Part shown: positions 28,068-38,001 of the stretch, piece after piece
How the letters are laid out: each line of letters begins with the position of its first letter
How positions within the stretch are numbered: position 1 is the first letter of the stretch
Virus record (IMG/VR): IMGVR_UViG_3300036975_000017
Coordinates: 4,499 to 68,498 of that record
DNA: 64,000 nucleotides
From: a virus
Taxonomy: Duplodnaviria > Caudoviricetes
Strand: one strand, 5' to 3'
The notes under the pieces: generated by a model
Database searches by the model: none
What the model was told of the DNA's origin: nothing
The model's input: only the letters and a program-made list of their open reading frames with translations
Made by a program: the position numbers and the translations under genes

Positions 28068-28625
28068 ATGGCAGACAAACGAATTGTTGATCTTGACGAA
28101 GCCACCAGCATTACCGGCGATAAATTTATGGTACTTGATAGCGTTGCAGATGACACCGAGAAGGCTACACTCGAAGATGCATTTGAAGCGCTACAGACGC
28201 TCTTTGGTGCATATGGCGCAATTTACACAACGTCAGGCGTGGCGACCCAGGCGCTAACCGCAGCAACGCCGGCGAAACTAACGCTTTTCGATACCGATGG
28301 GTTATCAAATGCCATTACGGTATCGGCAGCCAACGATCAAATGACGATAAACACAGCGGGCGTGTATGAAATTTTGGCAAATTTCAGTATGACGAGTAGC
28401 ATCAACAACGTTATCGTCAGTTTTTATACCGCTGTAGACGGCGTAAGGCAGGAGCCGGGGATTAGCCGAAAAATCGGAACCGGGGCCGATGTTGGTGCGT
28501 GTGGGTTTGGTCCTGTACTACTCAATTTGGCAGCGACAGAAGTTTTAACCGTAGAGGTTGAGGCAACCTTAAACACAAACTTAACCATCATAGACGCGGC
28601 ATTTTCCGCGTTTCGGGTAGGGTAA
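28068..28625 (+). CDS. Putative virion structural protein (short fibre/decoration; jelly-roll-like C-terminus)
   Basis: MADKRIVDL.EATS start and a beta-rich C-terminus (AGVYEI). Confidence 0.55.
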   Translation: MADKRIVDLDEATSITGDKFMVLDSVADDTEKATLEDAFEALQTLFGAYGAIYTTSGVATQALTAATPAKLTLFDTDGLSNAITVSAANDQMTINTAGVYEILANFSMTSSINNVIVSFYTAVDGVRQEPGISRKIGTGADVGACGFGPVLLNLAATEVLTVEVEATLNTNLTIIDAAFSAFRVG

Positions 28626-28627
28626 AC

Positions 28628-28972
28628 ATGAGCACGAATAGACCTATCGCATCGGCGAACAACGTAAGCGCGCCGGCGGCAAACACGGCGGCAACCGTTA
28701 CCGCCACGGGGCAAGACAACCAATACATTATCTTTCAGGTAATCATGTGGTCGTATAACGGCGCGCCAACGGGCGGCAACATTTCAGCCGTTACGACAGG
28801 CGGCGCAACGATTCTTGATTGGGACATTACGACAAGCGGGCCGGGCTTTGTGCCCATCCCCGAAAAAGGATTGCAAAGCCCCTCGCCGGGTGAAGCGGTA
28901 ACGATCACACTCACGGCAGGCGGGGCAACAGTATCGGGCAAGCTCAACGCTTACTGGATTTACGGTACATAA
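28628..28972 (+). CDS. Putative virion structural protein
   Basis: Ala/Thr/Gly-rich, located before the head-tail connector. Confidence 0.55.
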   Translation: MSTNRPIASANNVSAPAANTAATVTATGQDNQYIIFQVIMWSYNGAPTGGNISAVTTGGATILDWDITTSGPGFVPIPEKGLQSPSPGEAVTITLTAGGATVSGKLNAYWIYGT

Positions 28973-28975
28973 AAA

Positions 28976-29710
28976 ATGGGTAACGCTGACACAACATACT
29001 GCACACTCGCCGAGCTACGCAATCAAATCTACAAGAAAGGCACGACGAAAAGCCCTGACACCGATGCCAATTTGACGCTTATTATCACTGCCGTTTCGCG
29101 TGGCATCGATCAGTTCACCGGAAAAGAAGCGGGGTATTGGGAAGCTGACACTTCGGCAAGTGCGCGTTATTTTTCCGGCTCTGGCAATTCGGTACAGTGG
29201 ATCGATCAATGTATCGAAGTGGAAGCCGTCGCCGTAAAAGACAGCGCAACCGACGATGAGGACAGTTACACGGCATGGACCGTGGGCACAGTCGGCACGA
29301 CAACCGATGCGGACGTATTTCCCGCGAGCGGTGATCCGAAGTACCCGAATTACAATGCGCTACCTTACAATTTTCTACTAGTTAACGTCAACGGGAGTTA
29401 CGCCGAATTTCCTTCCGGGCGCTTTACGAGCCTAAGCGGTTTTAGACCGGAGCACGAATCTAAGCACGGTCTGCCAACGGTTAAAGTCACGGCGAAGTGG
29501 GGGCGAAGCGCAACGGTGCTTTATTCCATTAAGCAGGCGTGTATTGTCGAAAGCGCGCGGATGTACAAGCGCGGTGAGGGTGTTTGGGCCGACGCGATTG
29601 CAAATGTCGAAACCGGCGAACTACGCTTTGTTTCCGGCTTTGACCCGGCAACGCTAAGGATGCTTGACCGGCTGAGCACGCCGTCTATTGGATGGACGGG
29701 CGGCGGGTAA
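28976..29710 (+). CDS. Head-tail connector/adaptor (gp6/gp15-like)
   Basis: YCTLAELR...LIITAVSRGIDQFTG...VKVTAKWG...IKQACI. Confidence 0.75.
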   Translation: MGNADTTYCTLAELRNQIYKKGTTKSPDTDANLTLIITAVSRGIDQFTGKEAGYWEADTSASARYFSGSGNSVQWIDQCIEVEAVAVKDSATDDEDSYTAWTVGTVGTTTDADVFPASGDPKYPNYNALPYNFLLVNVNGSYAEFPSGRFTSLSGFRPEHESKHGLPTVKVTAKWGRSATVLYSIKQACIVESARMYKRGEGVWADAIANVETGELRFVSGFDPATLRMLDRLSTPSIGWTGGG

Positions 29711-29711
29711 A

Positions 29712-29740
29712 TTGACATAGCTTTATTATTCGTTTATAAT
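29712..29740 (+). promoter_or_regulatory. Perfect-consensus sigma70 promoter of the tail operon
   Basis: TTGACA-17 bp-TATAAT. Confidence 0.85.
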
Positions 29741-29787
29741 GCTAGGTAATATGTAGAGCGCCACGGAGCGCCTGGAAAAAGGTGTAT

Positions 29788-29815
29788 AACGCCCACGGGG
29801 GCGTTTTTTTGTTTT
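29788..29815 (+). terminator. Leader terminator-like hairpin (copy 2)
   Basis: AACGCCC-acgg-GGGCGTT plus T-tract. Confidence 0.65.
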
Positions 29816-30268
29816 ATGGACATCATTGTAAAGGGCTTCGACGAAACCGAAGAAGACTTAGACCGGATGCAACGCGAGTTAACCGGCTCACCGATGCTTA
29901 ACGCCATGCGCGACGCGGCGATGCTGGTGACACGCGACGCAAAGCGTTTAGCGCCGGTCGATACCGGCAGGTTACGCGCGTCGATTACGCCGGATGTACG
30001 TAAGGTGTCGTCAGGCTTTGAGGGTGTTGTCGGCTCAAATGTAGTCTATGCGCCCTATGTCGAAACGGGTACACGCCCGCACTGGCCGCCACAGGGCGCG
30101 CTTGCAACGTGGGCGCGCCGCCACGGATGGAAAGAGGCTGATATACGGTTTGTCATTGGTACACGGGGTACGCGTGCGCAACCTTATCTTGTGCCCGCGT
30201 TCGTCGATAACGCCGACAAGATTATACGTATTTTAGAGCGCGGCGTCAGTAAGGTTATTGAGGATTAG
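29816..30268 (+). CDS. HK97 gp10-like neck/tail-completion protein
   Basis: APVDTGRLRASI, YAPYVETGT, AQPYLVPA. Confidence 0.85.
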   Translation: MDIIVKGFDETEEDLDRMQRELTGSPMLNAMRDAAMLVTRDAKRLAPVDTGRLRASITPDVRKVSSGFEGVVGSNVVYAPYVETGTRPHWPPQGALATWARRHGWKEADIRFVIGTRGTRAQPYLVPAFVDNADKIIRILERGVSKVIED

Positions 30269-30270
30269 TC

Positions 30271-30753
30271 ATGCCGGTTTTAACGCCAGTCACAATGTTG
30301 CAGATCAACAACGCCATTAGCGACACAATGGACGAAATTGGCACGATTGATATTATTGACGGCGATACGGTGACGGTGTACGTCGAAGGTTGCACAGAAT
30401 TGAGCGAAGGTGTCCCTGATACGCCGCTGATTCAGGTATACCCGGAGACGGGTATCGTAGACATGATAACCGCAACTGACCGGCACACGTTTCGCGGTGG
30501 CGGGCGCGCCGAGGAACAGACATGGAATATAGATGCTTACGCAACGCGACGCGCGCATATCGGCGAGGATTTCAAGGCATTATTGCCGCTTATTGACGCG
30601 GTCACGGGCAAGCTCGAAGAGCAAGACGTTAAAAATTATTTCGGGCTGAGCGCTATTCAATCATTTGCGTGGACTTGGCAGCGTTCCTTATTTGTGTTTG
30701 CGCAAGCGGAGTATGTAGGCTGTCGGTTCATTGTGACTGTAAGGATTTTCTAA
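30271..30753 (+). CDS. Putative tail terminator
   Basis: Position and size between the gp10-like gene and the major tail protein. Confidence 0.5.
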   Translation: MPVLTPVTMLQINNAISDTMDEIGTIDIIDGDTVTVYVEGCTELSEGVPDTPLIQVYPETGIVDMITATDRHTFRGGGRAEEQTWNIDAYATRRAHIGEDFKALLPLIDAVTGKLEEQDVKNYFGLSAIQSFAWTWQRSLFVFAQAEYVGCRFIVTVRIF

Positions 30754-31085
30754 TGAGTATCTATCTTGCAACCGACAACATTGTTTTTATAGACAGCCGT
30801 CCGCCAATAAAGCGCGGGGCGGTTGTTTTGCGGGAAGATTACGCAAGCGCTGAAACATGCAAGGCCCTGCGCCGCATTTGGCTTGATGACGCGATACTAC
30901 TATCAACGGTACGCGGTTGGTCAAGGCGCGCGCTGTATTTTCCCGATGACTGGTGTGTTGAAAAATTTCTCTCAACCGACGCGGCTGAACTGGTCGGCAT
31001 CGCCGGCGTTCAAATCCAAACCGTGAAGCGGTGGAAGGACGATCTTAAAAAATATCTTGAAACTTTGTACGCTGAACACTGTTGA
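30753..31085 (+). CDS. Hypothetical protein
   Basis: TAATG-coupled; possible C-terminal helix-hairpin-helix. Confidence 0.45.
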   Translation: MSIYLATDNIVFIDSRPPIKRGAVVLREDYASAETCKALRRIWLDDAILLSTVRGWSRRALYFPDDWCVEKFLSTDAAELVGIAGVQIQTVKRWKDDLKKYLETLYAEHC

Positions 31086-31115
31086 GGCGACAACTAATTT
31101 TTACCGGAGGTAAAA

Positions 31116-31568
31116 ATGGCTCAGACAACGACCGAAAGAACCGCGTGCGATGTCCTTGTATGGCTTGACAACGGCAGCGATACACTTACCGACATCAGCG
31201 GCTCTGCAACTTCTGTTGATATTTCACTGACTAACAATGTTGGTGATTTTCGAACCTTCGGCGGGCGCTGGACCTTGCGCACCGTCTGCGGGTCGGACGC
31301 TTCGTTTACGATCAATGTGGTTTACACAACCACAGCCGACGAAGGGTACGACATTCTTAAAGATTGGTGGACCGGCGCATCTTACGACAGCGCGCGTAGT
31401 TTCCGGCTTCAAATCCCGGACAACGAGGCAAACAGCGAGCAGTGGGATGCCGAAGTGGTGCTCGAATCGATGGACTTTACACTTGATAGTGGAGAAGGCG
31501 GCCCGATTATGGTATCCGCCACGTTGTTGCCGGATGGCGATGTCATCCACGGCACGATTGGAAGCTAA
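31116..31568 (+). CDS. Major tail (tube) protein
   Basis: 150 aa, strong GGAGG SD, tube-protein-like beta pattern, precedes chaperone and TMP. Confidence 0.75.
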   Translation: MAQTTTERTACDVLVWLDNGSDTLTDISGSATSVDISLTNNVGDFRTFGGRWTLRTVCGSDASFTINVVYTTTADEGYDILKDWWTGASYDSARSFRLQIPDNEANSEQWDAEVVLESMDFTLDSGEGGPIMVSATLLPDGDVIHGTIGS

Positions 31569-31970
31569 ATGGCTAAACCTAGTAGATCACAAACGAAGAA
31601 AAAAAACGGCGGTCCTCAAGGGAACGCCGCATGGGTTGTTATCCGCAAGCTCAAATATGGCGAGCGTGACCTTGATCAAGAATTCTTTGCGTTGGCAGTT
31701 CGCGGCGATGAATTAACCAATGAAATCAATTCCCCCGATGTTTCATCGGATCGCAAAAATGAAATCGGCGATGAAATCCAAGAAATCGAACTCGAAATCT
31801 TGGGGCTCTTGTTACCGTTCATTGTTGATTGGAATTGGGTGGACGATGACGGGAATAAAATGCCCATACCCGAAACGGTTGGGACGGTTGAGCTTTATCG
31901 CGAAGAGGCGAACTGGCTCACCGACGCTATTCGGGAAGTGGTATTTCCGCGCCGCGAAGAAAAAAACTAA
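31569..31970 (+). CDS. Tail assembly chaperone G
   Basis: IVDWNWVDDDG motif; ends in the slippery A AAA AAC TAA. Confidence 0.8.
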   Translation: MAKPSRSQTKKKNGGPQGNAAWVVIRKLKYGERDLDQEFFALAVRGDELTNEINSPDVSSDRKNEIGDEIQEIELEILGLLLPFIVDWNWVDDDGNKMPIPETVGTVELYREEANWLTDAIREVVFPRREEKN

Positions 31971-32224
31971 CTGAACTCCGGCACAAGCTCGCCGTTCACC
32001 TACACACGGGAAGCGGCGAAGCGCCACCGGAGTTACTAGATTACAAATTGTGTGAGCTTTATTCTTGCACACCAAGCGAGCTTGATGAGCAAGACTATGA
32101 GCGTATTTTGTCACATATGATATGTCATGGCATGGAAACAAAAATACGTTCACTGAAGGAAAAGCACGCAGCACGCAAGGCGCAAAAGGGGCGTTCAACT
32201 TTTAAGAATCCACGGAAGCGGTAA
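31961..32224 (+). CDS. Tail assembly chaperone GT extension (-1 programmed frameshift)
   Basis: The -1 frame is open from the heptamer to TAA at 32222-24, abutting the TMP ATG; encodes LCELYSCTPSELDEQD. Confidence 0.8.
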   Translation, partial: KKLTELRHKLAVHLHTGSGEAPPELLDYKLCELYSCTPSELDEQDYERILSHMICHGMETKIRSLKEKHAARKAQKGRSTFKNPRKR

Positions 32225-35200
32225 ATGGCGCGACGTAATACAATTGAAGTCATCATAAAAGGCGAAGACGATGCCAGCGGCGCGTTCAAGCGTGTTTCGT
32301 CTTCGCTTGATGGGTTAGGTGACGCGGCAAATCAAGCGCTCGCGCCGGTATCTAAGTTCGGCTCATTCATGCGCGACACCTTCAGCACTGCCGCCGGTAT
32401 GCTCATGGCCGACGCGGTGGGCGCGGTGACTTCACGCCTTGCCGACTTCGGACGCGCCATGATCGACACCAACGCCGACATGGAGACTTTCGCTTCACAG
32501 TTTACGACGCTGCTCGGAAGCGCTGAGGCAGCAGAAGAGCGCCTTGCGTCCTTGACCGACTTCGCAAAAAAAACCCCTTTCGATCTCCCTGGCGTTATTG
32601 AAGCCAATCGCATGCTAACCGTTTTCGGCGAGGGCGTTTTGGATACCGAAAAATACATGACGCTTATCGGCGACGCGGCGGCGGGCGCTAATACTAACTT
32701 TGCCGAACTTTCAACCTGGGTTGGGCGTGCTTACTCTGCTATTCAGGCCGGCAAACCATTTGGCGAAGCGTCGGCGCGGTTACAAGAGTTAGGTCTACTG
32801 ACGGGCGAACAGCGCGCGTTGCTCGAAGACATGACCGCGGCCGGGGCAGATAGTACCGAGGTGTGGGGTGTACTTACCGACGCACTGAGCAAATTCTCCG
32901 GTGAGATGGCGAATCAATCTTCGACCTTTAAAGGTATTCAGTCGAATATCGAAGACACCTGGGAAGCCCTAACGCGCACGATAGGCAAGCCAATCTTTGA
33001 TTTTGCGAAAGAAGGGGCAGAAAGCTTTTTGGGCTTCCTTGAAAGTGATTTCGCGCAAGAAGGCGCGCAGCGCATTGCTGAGTTTATTGAAGGCGCACTT
33101 ACGGGATTCAAAGAGCTTCGCTCAACAATAGGCGAAGCGATTGGTGAATTAGCCAGCGAAACCGAAAATTTCTTTAGCGCGCTACAAGTGGGGAATATCC
33201 GCGATATCGCCGGCACATTTACACACTTAGCAACTGGAATTATCGATGTAACAGCATCGCTCTTGGGGTTAGAACCGCCTATAAAGCGCTTTGGTACTGA
33301 ATACAGTGTCGGCCTTAGTCGTTTTGCCGATGCGGTAGAGTCAGCGTTTAAATTTATTCAGAATAACGGCGAAACAATCCGCGCTATCTTTGAGGCAGTC
33401 GGTAAGGCAATCCTAACACTCATCACCGTATCAAAGGGTATCAGTATTATCACGGGCGCGGTTACGTTGCTCGCCGGCGCACTTTCACCCATCAATGCAA
33501 TTATCTTGGCGCTGTCTGCGGCCTTTTTTGCGTGGGATCAAAACCTGTTCGGTATCCGGGACACACTAACGCAACTTGCCAACACGATTAACAATATCTT
33601 CGGTCCAGCGATACAAGAAATCTTTGACTCGTTAAGCGCCGGTAATCTTGAAGGCGCGGCGCAGGGATTTAAAAACCTGTTTTCGCAAATAGGCGCTTTT
33701 GTTGAACAGGGTATCGCGCAAGTAAAACCCAAACTCGAAGAATTCGCTAATGCCTTTGTTCGTGACATCGTGCCGCAAATTCCCGTCGTAATCGCGCGCC
33801 TGGGCGAGCTTTTGAGCGGCATTCTCAACTGGGTAGTACAAGCAAACTTTGCCATTCAACAGGAAGTGGTACGATGGGCGGGCGCGTTTATTGAATGGAT
33901 AGAACCGCAAATCCCCGCGATTTTACGCGAAATGCTTAGGATAACGAATGCAGTCGTGGACTGGATTATTAAGTCCGCCGGCGAGTTTTTGCATACGCTA
34001 GGGCAGTGGGTGCAGGCGTTCTTGCCCTGGGTCGGGGAAGTCTTGCGCGATTTGTTACCGCGCTTGGGAAAAATGCTTGGTGATATTGCCGATTTCCTAA
34101 TCTCCGAAGGTATCCCCGCCGTCATCGGCTGGATTGGCAGCGCGGCAAAGATGCTGGCGAAAGAGTTACCCGACATTTTAAAGGCGTTCGTGAAATTCAT
34201 CGCCAACGACTTCGTGCCGGCCGCATTTCAGGCGGGGCGCGATATCGTAGATGGTATTGTACGCGGGCTTGGAAAATTGGGACAAAAAATTGTAGATGAA
34301 GTACAAAAGGGACTCGATGACTTCCGTCGAAATTGGAACCGCTTCTTTGGTCCTAACGGTCCCGTACAGCAAGCGATTAGAAACTTCGTTGCCGCCGTGC
34401 TTGACATGCTGGCAGATATGATTGACCAGAGTTTCGGTTTTCTGCGTGACCTGGGCGTAAACCTTGACGGGCTAACGGGTGACGTGCGCCGCACGGCAGA
34501 CACATTACGCGCCGAAGCAAACAAAATGGCGTCGGCATATGAAACAGAAAGTAAACGAATTAGCGCGGCGAGCGGACGTACTGTTAGTGATGTCGTGGCG
34601 AATATACGCAATCTATTTCCCGCGTTCGCCGAAGCGTCAAATGCATACGGTTCATTTGCGTCAAGCGCTGAAAGTGCCAGCAATCGCGCGTCAAACGCGG
34701 CGCGTCAAAGCGCTGCCGCCATTAATAATGCCAATCGAAGTATAACACCACCGCTCAATCAGGTGGGGTTTGGGTATGGCAATTACGCAAATGCCGCGAC
34801 AAGCGCCGCGAACAAAGCGGCAAACGCATCAAGACAAAGCGCTTCATCAATTAATAATGCCTTGCGTACTATTCCGCCGAATTTAAATAATATCGGTTCG
34901 GGCTTTGGCTCGCTGGCAAATAACGCCGGCCGCTCGCTGGGCAGCGTTTTGGGCGCAGCGCAACAAGCACAGCAGGGCGTGCAGAATGTTGCGGGGGCGG
35001 CACAGCAGGCGGCGCAAATAGCGCAGCAGGCCATGCAAATGACAACGAACGTAACGACAAATGTGCAAACGAGCGTCAATGTCAATATCAACACGCGCGA
35101 GCTTGCCATAAAATTGCAGGCAATTTATGATGCCACGAGCAATATTTTATTTGAGATGACGCGCGCGGGCGTTAAGCCCGCTGACCCTAACGCCGAAGCG

Positions 35201-35509
35201 CGCCAACGCTTTGACATTTCTAATCACCTTGCGGCGATGCGGCAAGAACAGCAAACGCAATTAAACATCGTCGCTCAATACCTATCATTTATAAATAATA
35301 GCACGAGTAAAATTCGTAGCATCATGAGTCAGTGGTGGAATATTGCGAGTTCGAGCTTAATGAATCCTAATACAGCGGGCGGTAGTGCGGCGGTCGGCGA
35401 TACCATTGAAAATCAAATTATTATCGAGGGGGATTTGAATGTTGCCGTTGCGTCACCCGATCAAATCCCGCAGACCATTGAAAGCCTGGAGGCGTTAGCA
35501 GGAGCATGA
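32225..35509 (+). CDS. Tape measure protein
   Basis: 1094 aa, helical and Ala-rich; tape-measure domain (FAKKTPFDLPGV), W/F-spaced repeats. Confidence 0.92.
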   Translation: MARRNTIEVIIKGEDDASGAFKRVSSSLDGLGDAANQALAPVSKFGSFMRDTFSTAAGMLMADAVGAVTSRLADFGRAMIDTNADMETFASQFTTLLGSAEAAEERLASLTDFAKKTPFDLPGVIEANRMLTVFGEGVLDTEKYMTLIGDAAAGANTNFAELSTWVGRAYSAIQAGKPFGEASARLQELGLLTGEQRALLEDMTAAGADSTEVWGVLTDALSKFSGEMANQSSTFKGIQSNIEDTWEALTRTIGKPIFDFAKEGAESFLGFLESDFAQEGAQRIAEFIEGALTGFKELRSTIGEAIGELASETENFFSALQVGNIRDIAGTFTHLATGIIDVTASLLGLEPPIKRFGTEYSVGLSRFADAVESAFKFIQNNGETIRAIFEAVGKAILTLITVSKGISIITGAVTLLAGALSPINAIILALSAAFFAWDQNLFGIRDTLTQLANTINNIFGPAIQEIFDSLSAGNLEGAAQGFKNLFSQIGAFVEQGIAQVKPKLEEFANAFVRDIVPQIPVVIARLGELLSGILNWVVQANFAIQQEVVRWAGAFIEWIEPQIPAILREMLRITNAVVDWIIKSAGEFLHTLGQWVQAFLPWVGEVLRDLLPRLGKMLGDIADFLISEGIPAVIGWIGSAAKMLAKELPDILKAFVKFIANDFVPAAFQAGRDIVDGIVRGLGKLGQKIVDEVQKGLDDFRRNWNRFFGPNGPVQQAIRNFVAAVLDMLADMIDQSFGFLRDLGVNLDGLTGDVRRTADTLRAEANKMASAYETESKRISAASGRTVSDVVANIRNLFPAFAEASNAYGSFASSAESASNRASNAARQSAAAINNANRSITPPLNQVGFGYGNYANAATSAANKAANASRQSASSINNALRTIPPNLNNIGSGFGSLANNAGRSLGSVLGAAQQAQQGVQNVAGAAQQAAQIAQQAMQMTTNVTTNVQTSVNVNINTRELAIKLQAIYDATSNILFEMTRAGVKPADPNAEARQRFDISNHLAAMRQEQQTQLNIVAQYLSFINNSTSKIRSIMSQWWNIASSSLMNPNTAGGSAAVGDTIENQIIIEGDLNVAVASPDQIPQTIESLEALAGA

Positions 35510-38001
35510 CGACAATAAATATTATTGTACCGGAAGCAACAACCAACCTTATCATCAACCCATCAATCGAAACCAACACGACCGGATGGACGGCAATCGG
35601 TGGCGCGGCGTTGGCGCAAACATCAGACGAACAACGCCGCGGCGTTTATAGCCTGGAAGTAACACCCGGTGTCGGCGTTACAGACGGCGTGTATTATCAA
35701 ATTGACGGCATTTCTGCCAACACTAATTATAGCTACAGTGTAGATTTCAAGGGCGCTAACAATATTCCGTATACCATTTATCTGTATGATGTAGGAACTG
35801 GGCAACCGTTGGGGACCCCGCAGGAAATTACCGGGGATGGGGAATGGCATCGCTACAGTGACACGGTGCAGAGTTCGCTTGGCGCGTCGGTACGTCTGTA
35901 TATTGCAAAGTTCAACAGCCCGTCGGTTGATCCGTGTTATGTTGATGGCGCGCAACTTGAACAGAAAAGTAATGTAACAACCTACTGCGACGGCGACCAA
36001 GTGGGCAACAACGTCACGCTGCCCGGCTCTGTGCCGGCCTATCGTTGGAACGGTACACCGCACGAAAGTACATCGAGCCGCGATGCGGCAACCACCGCCG
36101 GCGGTCGTATCATCGACATGGAAGCGCTGGGTACAGTTTATAATATTCAAATCGGCGGCATGGAAGGCGGCGGTTTTGCGCCACAGTTCCATAACACGCA
36201 AGACCTCGCACTACTGGAAGGCGCACAACTACAAAGCGTAAAAGTCGAACCGCGTATCATCACGATTTTTATTCGCACTGACGCAAGCGGATCTGACATG
36301 AATCCCGGCAACTATATCGCGCGGGATCAACTCGAAAAACTTTTGACGCAAGACCGCATTGCACCGCTTCAACCCGTTATCATTGAATGGTCTGACACCG
36401 GGCATCGTATCAAGGCTTATTATCAAGATGGACTACAGGCGCGTTGGAACGCGAACGATGCGCCCGGTGGCTGTGCCTATGAAATTTTCCAACTTCGCTT
36501 AATTTCGTATGATCCATTCTGGTTTGAGGATGGACAGGCGGGATACAATTTAGATTTAGCGCAGTCAGACAGCCCGGTCGGAAATGTCGATTTTACGTAT
36601 ATTCGGGAAGATGGCGCGTGGCGACAGGTACAGGTTGACACTTCGCTCGCAATCGAAGTCATTACGCCCGATCTCGTTAACCCCAACGTCTTTTGGTTCG
36701 GGGGATCATTTACGAGTATTGACGGTGTTGCAGCAAACTATGTTGCAAAATATGACAGGTACAATGATACATTTACGGCGCTAGGCGTGGGCACAAATAA
36801 CACGGTCTACGCAATTGCCGTTCACCCCAACGGTGATATTTATATCGCCGGCAACTTCACGCAGGCGGGTGGAGTGGCAAATAATGGTATTGTGAAATAC
36901 ACACCGTCAACGGGAACTTACGCGAGCCTCGGAACCGGGCTAACGGCGGGCGGCGCGATTCTTGTACGCAATGTTTTGATTGAACCAGAAACGGGCGACG
37001 TGTACGCTGTAGGGAGCTTTACGCAGGCAGGCGGTGCGGCAGCAACCTATATCGCCAAGTGGGATGTATCTGGCTCCGCCTGGACTACACTTGGCACGCC
37101 AGAGGGGTTAAGCGGCACGGATGCGCGCGATATTGTCCGAACGCTTGATGATGAGTATATCGTAGTCGGAGACTTTACTGGTTCTAACGACGGTGAAACG
37201 AGTGAAAATATTATCACCTGGACCGGCTCAGCGTGGGAAGCATTTCCTGTCGGTTTGGCAACAGCCGCGGACGGTGCAGAGGTTGCGAGTAATGGCGACG
37301 TGTATATCTTTGGGCAGTTCACCGATACCGACCCTTCGACGAGTAGCACGCTCAATAAAATCACGTTGTGGAATGGTTCGCAGTTCGCCCCGCTCGGTGA
37401 TGGTACAACCGGATCGATTCGCCAAATTGCGCTAGGTCGTGACGGGGCACTGTATGCAATCGGTGCATTTTCTGCAATCGGTGATATTGAAAACGTAGAC
37501 GGGTTTGCCATTTGGAATGGAACCGCATGGGTCAACATTGACATTGAAAAAGAGGCGATTCTCGCAAACGCGCTTACGGTTGACGTTTACAACAATGTCA
37601 TTTTTTCGGATGGCACTGTTGACCCAACGGTTGAATATTCCGCAATTACAACAGTCAACAATCCCGGCACGAGTACGGCTTGGCCGATTATTAAGTTAAC
37701 AGGTCCCGGTGAGTTTCGGTGGATCGAAAACCAGACGACAGGCGACCGGCTTTATCTTGATATGGCATTGCTTGAAAAAGAGGAAGTAATTTTCAATCTT
37801 GCGCCGCAGCGCAAAAGTATCGAAAGCAACTTTGATATAAACCGCCTCAAGAACGTATTGCCGGGTAGTAATCTATCGTCGTTCCGTTTGCTACCAGGCG
37901 ATAACACGGTTGCAACTTTCGCGGTAGATACCACAGGCGATACAAAGATCGAAATGTATTGGGATATTCGGCATAGTAGCGCCGATGGGGGCACGGCATG
38001 A
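35506..38001 (+). CDS. Distal-tail-like protein with CBM-like N-terminus and inserted beta-propeller
   Basis: NLIINPSIE (CBM-like), YDPFW, repeated GxF..A..IA.WxG blades, Dit-like C-terminus. Confidence 0.7.
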   Translation: MTTINIIVPEATTNLIINPSIETNTTGWTAIGGAALAQTSDEQRRGVYSLEVTPGVGVTDGVYYQIDGISANTNYSYSVDFKGANNIPYTIYLYDVGTGQPLGTPQEITGDGEWHRYSDTVQSSLGASVRLYIAKFNSPSVDPCYVDGAQLEQKSNVTTYCDGDQVGNNVTLPGSVPAYRWNGTPHESTSSRDAATTAGGRIIDMEALGTVYNIQIGGMEGGGFAPQFHNTQDLALLEGAQLQSVKVEPRIITIFIRTDASGSDMNPGNYIARDQLEKLLTQDRIAPLQPVIIEWSDTGHRIKAYYQDGLQARWNANDAPGGCAYEIFQLRLISYDPFWFEDGQAGYNLDLAQSDSPVGNVDFTYIREDGAWRQVQVDTSLAIEVITPDLVNPNVFWFGGSFTSIDGVAANYVAKYDRYNDTFTALGVGTNNTVYAIAVHPNGDIYIAGNFTQAGGVANNGIVKYTPSTGTYASLGTGLTAGGAILVRNVLIEPETGDVYAVGSFTQAGGAAATYIAKWDVSGSAWTTLGTPEGLSGTDARDIVRTLDDEYIVVGDFTGSNDGETSENIITWTGSAWEAFPVGLATAADGAEVASNGDVYIFGQFTDTDPSTSSTLNKITLWNGSQFAPLGDGTTGSIRQIALGRDGALYAIGAFSAIGDIENVDGFAIWNGTAWVNIDIEKEAILANALTVDVYNNVIFSDGTVDPTVEYSAITTVNNPGTSTAWPIIKLTGPGEFRWIENQTTGDRLYLDMALLEKEEVIFNLAPQRKSIESNFDINRLKNVLPGSNLSSFRLLPGDNTVATFAVDTTGDTKIEMYWDIRHSSADGGTA

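Noticed and set aside
34640-34870. Repeats in the tape measure 3' region (ASNAARQSA..INNA twice)
   Set aside because: Ordinary amino-acid-level TMP repeats.
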